DNA of 43,833 bases from Bacteroidia bacterium (GTDB lineage Bacteria > Bacteroidota > Bacteroidia > AKYH767-A > OLB10). The stretch is from contig JBJXGU010000383.1 of assembly GCA_046160245.1 (NCBI GenBank), forward strand, positions 1-43,833, read 5' to 3'. A model generated the notes under the pieces. The model did not search any database. It was not told where the DNA came from and saw nothing but the letters and a program-made list of their open reading frames with translations. The position numbers were made by a program, and so were the translations under genes. Of the stretch, positions 19,351 through 28,885 are shown piece after piece. Position 1 is the first letter of the stretch; every line of letters starts with the position of its first letter.

Positions 19351-21294
19351 TTATTTTGTTAACATCATTAACTTAGCATCTATATAATTATTATCTAATA
19401 CTAAATGATATATGTAAGTACCAATCGATAATGTATTTGCATTTATTTCAATCGAACCTATCCCTGTATTTGAAATTTCGTAAGATTGTAATTCTACACC
19501 ATTAAGTGAATAGATTTTTATGAATCCCAACTTAGTATTTAAAGGGATATAATATTTGATAATAGTTTTTTGATTAAATGGATTCGGTGAATTTTGCTCG
19601 AGCTTCGGCTGGTCATTGTTCAAAATACTGGCCGCTGTTTTGGCTTGATAATCTGAACAACAATTTGAAAGAATGTTTTCAAATTCAACTTGTTTCTGTT
19701 TTACTATTGACATTTCGTCTTTGAGCAAATTTAATTCTTGGTTTTTTGTTTCAATTTCAATTTGTTGATCTTTTATTGCTTCGCTTAATAATGGAATTAT
19801 CATGTCATAATTAATTATTAAAGTGCCATTTGATAATTCCATAACTGCCTCTGGTATTACTTCTTTAACTTCTTGAGCAATAAAACCTAATGATTTCCCT
19901 GACTTGAAATTATAATCTTTATATTCTTCAACTTTATACTCATATGAAAACCCTTTTAGTTTTTTTACTAATTCAAGTGAGTTGTTAATTTGTATAATAT
20001 TTGTCTTGAATTTCTTATCTGAAACAGTCCAATTCCCTCCTGAAGAAAATGAATTTCCATATACAGCAAAAATCATATTTGTTGGATTTCCCCCATTTGG
20101 AGTAGCGCATCCAAGAGGAGCACCTCCAATTGCAACTGCATTGGTTGCAATGCCTGAGCAATTCAAAGGCGACCCTTGTTGAATTATACTACAGGCCAAT
20201 GATCCACTACTATTCCATAACGGAATAAAACCAGAAGTAGAACATGTTCTAAAGACAAAATCACTTCTTCTACTTATTCTTCCTGTTGTTGCGTTCCAGA
20301 CTAGTCCAGCAATATCCGTTGAAACAGGTAAATCCTCAAATCGAATATCAGTAGAACCCGTTGCTGTAAGATTCATATCAGCTACATGAAAATTACCCAC
20401 TGGTGCATCAGTTCCAATGCCAACTTTGTAATTATTTAAAGCTCCGTTTCTATCTCTACCATGTCCTAACTGCATGCCATTCGGAATGCTTACAATTGAA
20501 CTACACCCTATTGCTGTTGAATTGTCTGAAGACGATCCAACCATTGCATAATAACCGATTGCTGTAGCATTTTGAGAATTTGTTACAGAAGAGTACCCAA
20601 TGGAAGTCCAATTAGACCTGCTTATTGTTGTAGCATTTAAGTTTGTACAACCAGAGTTGCTTCCAAGTGAAGTATTGAATTTACCCGTTTGATTAAAATA
20701 TCCTGCTGCAAATCCATAATAAGTATTATGATCTCCTGATATATGACCAGTACCAGCTGTGCCACCCATAAAGGTATTATTATTACCACTACTAGTATTA
20801 GTTGATGAGTTATAACCAACTTTATACCCAACGAAGCAATTTCCTGTACCACTACTAAAGCCCCTTCCAGATTCAGCTCCAACTAAGGTATTATTACTAC
20901 CAGTTAAAAGATTATCCGCACAATAAGTTCCTACATAAGTATTACTTCCTCCTGATGTATTTGCTAAACCAGAAAAAGCTCCTATAAATAAATTGCTTGC
21001 TCCTGTCGTTGAATTATGCCCTGCTTCATAGCCAAAAAAACTGTTTCCTTGACCTGTGTTTGCAAAACCTGCTCTATATCCAAACGCAGAGTTGAAGTTT
21101 GCATTAGCATTACTAGATCCTGCAAAATTACCTACAAATGTTCCTGACCAACCTGGAACATTACATGCAGGAGCTCCAGCCCAACCAGCTGGGAGAGTAG
21201 TGGGAGGAGGTATTGAAACCTGACCTTTTACATTTGTTATTACAGTCATAGCAACTGTAATGACAGCAATAATTTTGATGTGATTTCTTTTCAT
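19351..21294 (-). CDS. Secreted tail-fibre/tailspike-like protein: Gly/Asn repeats, S74-type intramolecular chaperone, coiled coil and T9SS type-A CTD
   Basis: Signal peptide; about 8 NxxxGxxxG repeats of ~17 aa; ATAIG/STAIG; VGIGT; SDKKFKTNI...GFIAQEV..VIPEAV; LEQNSPNPF...GTYIYHL CTD. Confidence 0.85.
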   Translation of the reverse strand: MKRNHIKIIAVITVAMTVITNVKGQVSIPPPTTLPAGWAGAPACNVPGWSGTFVGNFAGSSNANANFNSAFGYRAGFANTGQGNSFFGYEAGHNSTTGASNLFIGAFSGLANTSGGSNTYVGTYCADNLLTGSNNTLVGAESGRGFSSGTGNCFVGYKVGYNSSTNTSSGNNNTFMGGTAGTGHISGDHNTYYGFAAGYFNQTGKFNTSLGSNSGCTNLNATTISRSNWTSIGYSSVTNSQNATAIGYYAMVGSSSDNSTAIGCSSIVSIPNGMQLGHGRDRNGALNNYKVGIGTDAPVGNFHVADMNLTATGSTDIRFEDLPVSTDIAGLVWNATTGRISRRSDFVFRTCSTSGFIPLWNSSGSLACSIIQQGSPLNCSGIATNAVAIGGAPLGCATPNGGNPTNMIFAVYGNSFSSGGNWTVSDKKFKTNIIQINNSLELVKKLKGFSYEYKVEEYKDYNFKSGKSLGFIAQEVKEVIPEAVMELSNGTLIINYDMIIPLLSEAIKDQQIEIETKNQELNLLKDEMSIVKQKQVEFENILSNCCSDYQAKTAASILNNDQPKLEQNSPNPFNQKTIIKYYIPLNTKLGFIKIYSLNGVELQSYEISNTGIGSIEINANTLSIGTYIYHLVLDNNYIDAKLMMLTK

Positions 21295-22182
21295 ATTATA
21301 AGTTTTAGATTAGAGTGAAATACAATATTAATTATTAAATCCAATCCACAAATTATTTATTGCAAATAATTTTAAAAAAAAATTACACCTATTAGAAATA
21401 AAGATTCACCCATAATAATGATTATTTTATTTTTTTAATGTCTGAATTACTTAGACAAACCACCTAAGCCCGATTAAACTAATGTTCACCAATATTCCCA
21501 AAAACCGAATTTAGATTATGTAATCCACGAAGGCAAATAATCAATGTAAGAAAATTATCACACATGAGGTTTTACAACAATTTCAGCCATAGCTGGAAAA
21601 TTTGGTAACACTTTTTTAAATTACTAAACTACTTTTGGGGGAAGTAATGGTTGGTGGGTTGATTACTGAAATAACATAATTAAGTACATCGCAGTTGTTG
21701 GTTATGTCATGAAAATTGTTTCGGTTATGCTAATCGTATTATTAATTAAAAAGTTCGTTCAATCAAACAAGATTCCATTAATTTATATTAATTGATCATA
21801 TGATGTTGAGTACAACGTTTTTTGTTTAATAGAAATCCGAAGCTTTATCGGGCATTCGGAATCCATCTTCATATTTGATATGTTAAAGTAAAGAACAACT
21901 TGAATGTATTTCTGGAATTTGTAAAAAACGGGGTAACGGATAAGCAACTATTTGCTTTGGAAAAATATTTTTATCGGTTGGCCCTTCATGCGTATATTAC
22001 AGATATTTAGCAACTTAACACGTCAAGAGTTATATATTTTTTAAAACAAAGAACTGGCAACTGGAAAGCTTTCAAATAAGTCTATTAATATCCTAGTTTG
22101 TCAATATTAAAATTAAAAAAAGAGCCCAATAGCTCTTTATGACGCTCTAATACAAAATATGACTTTTATGTCTGGCGGATAT

Positions 22183-22800
22183 GGGTAGCTAAATCAATTT
22201 TCTATCGCCAGCGCACAACGCTGGACTATTTTCATTTAGCCTCAACCTTGCAAGCGAGCTTGCGGTTGGGAAGGGATTACCCAGCAGCGTGCTTTGCTCT
22301 GCTACTGGGTGATCCCTTGGTATCCCATCGTCAACATCAAAAGAAACGCTGCGCTATTTTTATTTTTTATCCAAGGCATTGAAAGCCTAGCTTTCTGCCT
22401 CGGCTTAAAAAAAGGATTACCCAGTAACGTACTTTGCGCTGCTACTGGGTGATCCCGTTTTGGGGGTAGCTACCCCGAAGCAGAGCCTTCGGCACGCTTC
22501 AGGGTAATTACATGATTTCTTAATCGCCAGCGCTTGGCGCTGGACTATTTCAATTAAATCCATCATTGCAAGCAAGTTTACAGGGTTGAGGAACGAAGTT
22601 TCTACCAGGAGGGATTACCGAGTAGTGTGCTTTGCACTACTACTCGGTGATCCCGTTTTGGGGGTAGCTAAATCAATATTCAATTGCCAACGCGTTGCGT
22701 TGGACCATTTTCATTTAAATCCATCATTGCAAGCAAGTTTACACGCTAGCGTAACGAAGTTTCTGCTACCCTATGCTTGCTGATGGGTTTAAATGAAAAT
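22183..22800. repeat. Modular array of covarying hairpin repeats downstream of tRNA-Ser
   Basis: Hairpin A at 22273-22316, 22414-22455 and 22611-22654; module B (GGGTAGCTA...CCA(G/A)CGC..GCG(C/T)TGG...TGCAAGC) three times; inverted partial B at 22774-22800. Confidence 0.88.
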
Positions 22801-22828
22801 TGCCCTGTAGCGAATGCTACAGGGCAAT
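22796..22828 (-). terminator. Terminator of tRNA-Ser
   Basis: ATTGCCCTGTAGC-GAAT-GCTACAGGGCAAT stem with a T-run on the minus strand. Confidence 0.75.
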
Positions 22829-22842
22829 AGAATATTGATTTG

Positions 22843-22927
22843 CGGAGAGTTAGGGATTCGAACCCCAGGAAGTGTTACCTTCAACAGTTTTCAAGACTGC
22901 CGCAATCGACCGCTCTGCCAACTCTCC
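22843..22927 (-). tRNA. tRNA-Ser (anticodon TGA), CCA not encoded
   Basis: GGAGAGT/ACTCTCC acceptor stem, discriminator G, anticodon loop CTTGAAA, long variable arm, GGTTCGAATCC T-arm. Confidence 0.96.
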
Positions 22928-23237
22928 GGGTGCGAAATTATATGATTTTATATTACCAATTTTAGAAAAAATAAAAATTCTTGCAGAATAGTGAATTTAG
23001 CGTTTTCTAAATTCCAATTGACCCATTTATTTTCTTAAAAAAAATGCTTTAGCTATTAATCACTAACAGATTAGCATTGGTAATGATGGTGAAGACATTT
23101 AAAAATTAATGTTTTAATAAATGGGTCTACCTTTCAATTTTAAAGCTTAGAAATGCCCATTATGCTCTATTTGATGTGACGAAAACATGACAAGATCAAT
23201 AGTTTTATTAAATACCTTTGATCTCAAACCTAAGCTC

Positions 23238-24713
23238 ATGAAAAAGTCAACCCTAATTCTGATCTGCTCTTGCTTATTAAGTATGTATTCACTTGAAGCT
23301 AAGAATCTTCAAGCGAATTTATCGTATGCTACATTTTTAGCTCCTCAAAACGGTCCTTATATTGAAACCTATTTAACTGTTGACGGGCACACTGTTCATT
23401 ATAAGAAAAACGGAGAGTCTCTTTTTCAAGCTTCCATCGAAGCCAGTATCCTATTTCTTCAAGGTGATAGCATTCGCTATTTTGATAAATTTAATCTTTT
23501 AAGCCCTCCAACAACAGATACCCTCGGTTCTGTGAGTAACTTCACAGATTTACATCGTATTTCTTTACCGAATGGTACTTATACCATGGAATTGAAAATA
23601 AAGGATAACAATGCACTTGGTGCTAAGCCCTATTTAGTTCGGCAAAATGTGATTGTTAACTATTACACCAATGTAATTAGTATTTCGGATATCGAATTAA
23701 TCGATTCTTATACCGTGGCGGAGAAAGAAGGTCCATTGGCTAAGAATGGATATGAGATAATCCCCTACGTTGACAATTTCTACGGAGCCAATAAAAACTC
23801 ACTGAAGTTTTATTGTGAATACTATCACACCAAATCGGTTTTAGGTACAACTGATTTTCTACTTACTTATCAAATAGTAAACTTTGAAAGTCATCGTATT
23901 GTTGATGCTAATTCAAATTTTTCAAAACAAAGTCCGAAGGATGTTGGCATTCTATTAACCGAATTCGACATTACTGATTTACCTTCAGGAAATTATAATT
24001 TAGTAGTGAATATACGCGACAAGGAAAATAATTTATTAGCATCGAAAGACTGCTTTTTCCAACGAAGTCGTCCATTAACATTAGCTCAAGATGCGGGTGA
24101 TTTAAACTATATGAAATTAGATGTTTCAACCACCTTCGCTGCAGAAATCTCTCATCGCGATACGATTGCCGAGTACATTCGTTGTCTATGGCCTATCAGC
24201 AGTCCCAATGAAAATACATTTGCATTAAATCAATTGGAGATGGCTGACACCAAACTTATGCAACAGTATTTTTATGATTTTTGGCAAAAGCGAAACGCAC
24301 AAAATCCACAACTCGCTTGGTTGAATTATAAAAAGGAAGTAGACTTAGTCAATGCCACTTATACGATAGGTAAAAAGAAAGGCTATATGACTGAAAGAGG
24401 AAGGGTTTATCTTGTTTATGGTGCACCTAATCAAATTTCGAAAGCTTATAACGAGCCCAGCACCTATCCATATGAAATTTGGCAGTATTACACCCTGAAA
24501 AATCAAAGCAATCGGAAATTTGTTTTCTATTGTCCAGAGATTGGTGGACATGACTTTTCGCTCTTACATAGTGATGCTCGAGGAGAAGTTTTTGAATCGC
24601 AATGGATGGTTATCTTAAAGAAAAGAACAGAAACCATGAACGATTTTGATAAAACCAAAGCTAGATCAACCTATGGGAATAATTTTGAACAGATATTTCA
24701 AAATCCAAGATAG
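23238..24713 (+). CDS. GWxTD domain-containing secreted protein (ORF track start 23187 probably too long)
   Basis: FWQKRN...GYMTERGRVYLVYGAP...PYEIWQY; signal peptide from MKKSTL; -7 box TACCTTTG at 23213-23220 supports the 23238 start. Confidence 0.85.
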   Translation: MKKSTLILICSCLLSMYSLEAKNLQANLSYATFLAPQNGPYIETYLTVDGHTVHYKKNGESLFQASIEASILFLQGDSIRYFDKFNLLSPPTTDTLGSVSNFTDLHRISLPNGTYTMELKIKDNNALGAKPYLVRQNVIVNYYTNVISISDIELIDSYTVAEKEGPLAKNGYEIIPYVDNFYGANKNSLKFYCEYYHTKSVLGTTDFLLTYQIVNFESHRIVDANSNFSKQSPKDVGILLTEFDITDLPSGNYNLVVNIRDKENNLLASKDCFFQRSRPLTLAQDAGDLNYMKLDVSTTFAAEISHRDTIAEYIRCLWPISSPNENTFALNQLEMADTKLMQQYFYDFWQKRNAQNPQLAWLNYKKEVDLVNATYTIGKKKGYMTERGRVYLVYGAPNQISKAYNEPSTYPYEIWQYYTLKNQSNRKFVFYCPEIGGHDFSLLHSDARGEVFESQWMVILKKRTETMNDFDKTKARSTYGNNFEQIFQNPR

Positions 24714-24782
24714 GACTATTCCCATTTATTATGATATTTTTGCAGAGCCGGTTATTCCGGCTCTGTGTATTTAAGAAAGCCG

Positions 24783-25814
24783 GTGAAAAAAATTGCTATT
24801 GTCATTCTCAACTGGAACGGAAAAGATTTTTTGAAAAAATTTCTTCCGGAAGTTATTCGATATAGCAATTCACTTTCAAGAATTGTCATTATTGATAATG
24901 CATCTTCCGACGATTCCATTTCATTTTTATCGCAGCAATTTCCCGAAATTGAAATTGTACAGCTCGACAAAAATTATGGTTTTACAGGTGGATATAATCG
25001 TGGGTTGCACGGAATAAAAGAAGAGTATTATGTGTTGTTGAATTCGGATGTTGAAGTTACTGAGAATTGGTTGCAACCCTTGGTCACTTTCATGGACAAT
25101 CACCCCGATGCTGCTGCTTGTCAACCTAAAATTAAATCCTATCATGATCGTAATTTATTTGAACATGCCGGAGCTGCCGGAGGCTATATTGACTACTTAG
25201 GGTATCCATTTTGCAGAGGAAGAATCTTGAACACATTGGAAGAAGATCATGGACAATATGATAGCATTCAGCGTGTATTTTGGGCGACTGGAGCTTGTTT
25301 ATTTATCCGCTCTAAGGTATTTCATGAACAAGGAGGATTTGATGATGACTTCTTTGCGCATATGGAAGAAATTGATTTATGTTGGAGAATTCAACAAGCA
25401 GGAAAAGAAATATATGTTGTTCCAGAAAGTCAAGTGTATCATGTAGGAGGTGGAACATTACCGAAAAGCAATCCAAGAAAGACTTATTACAATTTTAGAA
25501 ATAATTTATTCATGCTTTTCAAAAATCTACCGGGCAATCAACTTATTTTATTGATTCCGACAAGGCTTTTATTGGATGGTTTAGCAGGTATAAAATTTCT
25601 ATTTGACGGCGATTTCAAAGATACCGTTGCGGTATTTAAATCTCATCTTTCTTTTTATAGATACTTCTTACGTAATTTCTCAAAACGCAGAAAGCAGCAA
25701 CAACAAGTATTGAAACATCCTTCTCGGGGTATTTATGGAAAGAGTATCGTCGTTGAATATTTTATAAATAAGAAAAAACACTTTAAGGATTTACCATCTA
25801 ACAACTTCAGTTAA
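24783..25814 (+). CDS. Glycosyltransferase family 2 (GTG start; ORF track gives 24765)
   Basis: IVILNWNG, DNASSD, N.GF.GGYN, LLNSD, EEIDLCWR. Confidence 0.92.
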   Translation: MKKIAIVILNWNGKDFLKKFLPEVIRYSNSLSRIVIIDNASSDDSISFLSQQFPEIEIVQLDKNYGFTGGYNRGLHGIKEEYYVLLNSDVEVTENWLQPLVTFMDNHPDAAACQPKIKSYHDRNLFEHAGAAGGYIDYLGYPFCRGRILNTLEEDHGQYDSIQRVFWATGACLFIRSKVFHEQGGFDDDFFAHMEEIDLCWRIQQAGKEIYVVPESQVYHVGGGTLPKSNPRKTYYNFRNNLFMLFKNLPGNQLILLIPTRLLLDGLAGIKFLFDGDFKDTVAVFKSHLSFYRYFLRNFSKRRKQQQQVLKHPSRGIYGKSIVVEYFINKKKHFKDLPSNNFS

Positions 25815-25821
25815 TTCAGTT

Positions 25822-26436
25822 ATGAAAATAATTTGTGTAGGACGAAACTATGAGGCTCATGCCAAAGAATTAAACAATGCTGTTGAAGAAAGTCCTGTTA
25901 TCTTTTTAAAACCGGAAACTGCATTAATTCCAAACAAGCAACCTTTCTTTTATCCTTCCTTTTCTAACGATGTACATTATGAAACTGAACTGGTGGTAAA
26001 AATTTGCAAACTCGGAAAGCATATTGACGAAAAATTTGCTCATCGTTATTATCAAGAAATTACGCTCGGCATTGATTTTACTGCTCGAGATGTACAAAGT
26101 CAACTAAAAACAAAGGGGCTTCCATGGGAACTCGCTAAGGGATTTGATGGTTCTGCACCTTTAGGAAAATTCATCGCTGTTGAAACCATGCAAAAACCCA
26201 TACAAGATCTTCGTTTCTGCATGAAATTAAATGGAGAGACTAAGCAAGAAGGTCACACAGCAAATATGATCTTTAGCGTCGACAAAATCATTGCCTTTGT
26301 TTCCACTTATTTCACCTTAAAGATTGGCGATTTGATCTTTACGGGTACACCGGCTGGGGTTGGACCCGTAAAAAAGGGAGATCATTTGGAAGCTTGGTTA
26401 GAGGAAGAAAAGGTCTTATCGGTGAAAGTAAAATAG
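25822..26436 (+). CDS. Fumarylacetoacetate hydrolase family protein
   Basis: KIICVGRNY..HAKE, HYETEL, D.TARD.Q, GDLIFTGTPAGVG. Confidence 0.93.
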   Translation: MKIICVGRNYEAHAKELNNAVEESPVIFLKPETALIPNKQPFFYPSFSNDVHYETELVVKICKLGKHIDEKFAHRYYQEITLGIDFTARDVQSQLKTKGLPWELAKGFDGSAPLGKFIAVETMQKPIQDLRFCMKLNGETKQEGHTANMIFSVDKIIAFVSTYFTLKIGDLIFTGTPAGVGPVKKGDHLEAWLEEEKVLSVKVK

Positions 26437-26506
26437 ACTTTTCATTGTTGAAATATTTTTACAATATTGTTCTAATTTACAGGCTGATTTTCCTTAATAT
26501 TGAGTA

Positions 26507-28885
26507 ATGTTTCTGAAGCGATTTCTGAAAATATTTTTAGTTCTGTGCATCACAGGATTTGCACTCCCCTTTCAGAGTTCGGCAACGCATATTGTGGGTG
26601 GAGAGCTGAATTACAAATACCTTGGAAATAATATTTACCAAATCAATTTAACGGTGTATCGTGATTGTTATAATGGAGTACCTCCCTTTGATGATCCTGC
26701 TTCGGTAGGCGTATTTGATGCACTGACTAATCTATACATTCGTCAAAAATTTTTCAATTTCACTTCCCTTGATACCGTCCCTCCTACTATCAATTCACCT
26801 TGTTTTATTCCTCCGCTAGATGTTTGTTATGAGGTTACCACTTATACAGATACACTGATTCTGCCTCCTTCCAATGGAGGTTATATTTTATCATATCAGC
26901 GCTGTTGCCGTAATGTAACCATCCTCAATATTGTTACGCCTAATGCGGTAGGCGCAACCTATGAAGCATGGATTGCAGGAACGAGTACCTTTTCTCAAAA
27001 CAGCAATCCCGTTTTTAATAATTGGCCCCCTCCTTTTATTTGTGCAGGAACACCATTTATTTTCGATCATTCAGCATTTGATTTTGAAGGAGATTCCATT
27101 TTATTTGAGTTGGTCACTCCATTCGATGGAGCCACGCCTGCTATTCCAATGCCACAACCACCGGCAACACCACCTTATTTAAATGTGACTTTTGCTTTTC
27201 CTTACTCTCAAACCGATATGCTTGGAGGTACGCCTCCTTTCTCCATTGATCCGGCCACAGGATTACTCACTGCCTTTCCAACGACATTGGGTCAATTTGT
27301 GGTGGGAGTTAGAGCTAAGGAATTTAGAAATGGAATATTAGTTGGTTATACACGTAGAGATTTTCAGCTGAACGTAGTTCCTTGTCCGACACTAGTAGTT
27401 GCAGCGATACAAAATCCGTTAATCCGCTGTGGAAGTAATTCGGTCACCTTTCAAAATTTTAGTTTTAATGCAGGAACTTATCATTGGGATTTTGGGTTGA
27501 CTACAAGCACTTCCGATACATCCAACTTGTTTTCTCCGACTTTCGTTTACCCTGATACTGGCGTGTACACGGTTACCTTGATAGCCTACTCTAACATGGA
27601 TCCAACCTGCACGGATACCACTACAGGAACCGTAACGATATTGCCTGATTACACACCGTCCTTTACTTTTACCATGGACACTTGCACGAATATTATTACA
27701 TTTAATGATACATCCAATAGCATAAGTGGTGTCACTTCACAATGGAATTGGAATTTTGGAGATGGTGGAACAGCAACCATCACGGATCCCATACATCAAT
27801 ACAATTCTGCAGGGAATTATAACGTTTCACTCATTGCAACTTCAACTCGAGGGTGTGTTGATACCATTAGAAATCCACTAACCATTTTTCCTGGAATTAA
27901 TACCACTGTAACTAATCAAGCAGTTCGTTGCAATGGAGAGTGTAATGGCATAGCAACGGCGAATCCTGTGAATGGATGGCCTCCGTATTCTTATCACTGG
28001 AATGACCCGCTTTTACAAAATACGATTGCGGCGGATAGTCTTTGTATCGGAAATTATACAGTAACGGTAACGGATAGCCGAGGATGTACAGTTAATTCTA
28101 CTGTGCAAATTTCTCAACCCTTACCCTTATCCGTTTCGCTCACTTCTCTCCCCGATTATTGCGGCGGCATCTGTGCAGGTCAAGCCATAGCGAGTGGTGC
28201 GGGTGGAAATGGAAATTATACTTATCAATGGAATGATCCACAAAATCAAATCACGGCTACAGCAATTAGTCTTTGTCCAGATACATTTCAAGTGATTATT
28301 ACCGATCAACTGGGCTGCACAACCCAAGGGCAGGTCGTTGTTAATTACCTCGATTCATTTCCTACCGTGGATGCGATAGCCGATACTACATTACTTTATC
28401 AAGGACAATCCACCTCCCTGCATGGAATTATTCAAGCCGGTGGATTACAATTTCAATGGACACCTTCCGGTTCATTGAGTGATGACCAAATTCAACATCC
28501 TATTGCATCACCTTCCACTACTACTACCTACACTGTAGTGGCAACGGATGCTAACGGTTGTACTGCAGAAGATACAGTCACCATTTATGTAACGGAAGTT
28601 CTCTGCGCAGAACCTGAAATATTTATTCCTTCCGCTTTCTCTCCCAACAGTGATCAACAAAATGATGTACTCTATGTGAGAGGAAATACGATCGAAAAAG
28701 TATATTTAGCCATCTACGATCGTTGGGGAGAAAAAGTATTTGAAACGAATAGCCCAACGTTGGGCTGGGACGGCACCTATCAAGGGAAATTGCTTGCACC
28801 TGATGTTTACGTTTATTACGTTGAGGCTACCTGTTATAATAAAGCCGAGTTTAGAAAAAAAGGAAATATAACTTTGATAAGATAA
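26507..28885 (+). CDS. PKD/SprB-repeat protein with T9SS type-B CTD
   Basis: Signal peptide; N-domain THIVGGE...YRDC...CCRN; two PKD repeats; IPSAFSPN.D..ND...YDRWG...WDG...KGNITLIR. Confidence 0.9.
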   Translation: MFLKRFLKIFLVLCITGFALPFQSSATHIVGGELNYKYLGNNIYQINLTVYRDCYNGVPPFDDPASVGVFDALTNLYIRQKFFNFTSLDTVPPTINSPCFIPPLDVCYEVTTYTDTLILPPSNGGYILSYQRCCRNVTILNIVTPNAVGATYEAWIAGTSTFSQNSNPVFNNWPPPFICAGTPFIFDHSAFDFEGDSILFELVTPFDGATPAIPMPQPPATPPYLNVTFAFPYSQTDMLGGTPPFSIDPATGLLTAFPTTLGQFVVGVRAKEFRNGILVGYTRRDFQLNVVPCPTLVVAAIQNPLIRCGSNSVTFQNFSFNAGTYHWDFGLTTSTSDTSNLFSPTFVYPDTGVYTVTLIAYSNMDPTCTDTTTGTVTILPDYTPSFTFTMDTCTNIITFNDTSNSISGVTSQWNWNFGDGGTATITDPIHQYNSAGNYNVSLIATSTRGCVDTIRNPLTIFPGINTTVTNQAVRCNGECNGIATANPVNGWPPYSYHWNDPLLQNTIAADSLCIGNYTVTVTDSRGCTVNSTVQISQPLPLSVSLTSLPDYCGGICAGQAIASGAGGNGNYTYQWNDPQNQITATAISLCPDTFQVIITDQLGCTTQGQVVVNYLDSFPTVDAIADTTLLYQGQSTSLHGIIQAGGLQFQWTPSGSLSDDQIQHPIASPSTTTTYTVVATDANGCTAEDTVTIYVTEVLCAEPEIFIPSAFSPNSDQQNDVLYVRGNTIEKVYLAIYDRWGEKVFETNSPTLGWDGTYQGKLLAPDVYVYYVEATCYNKAEFRKKGNITLIR

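Noticed and set aside
19351-21294. Prophage tail gene or prophage remnant
   Set aside because: It has a Sec signal and T9SS CTD, and no other phage genes are nearby
21300-22180. Possible decayed gene in the AT-rich stretch (short coding-like patch HIKYEDGFRMPDK on the minus strand)
   Set aside because: No ORF of 60 aa or more and no family recognisable by eye; would need tblastx/blastx
22586-22783. 65-aa ORF
   Set aside because: It is a translation of the non-coding repeat array, and the other copies do not keep the frame
22183-22800. CRISPR array
   Set aside because: The units are long and irregularly spaced, the intervening sequences are themselves repeated rather than unique spacers, and no cas genes are present
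18697-22800. Classical integron attC sites or an intact integrative element
   Set aside because: No RYYYAAC...GTTRRRY boxes bound the hairpins, there is no integrase in the window, and there is no exact tRNA 3'-end duplication
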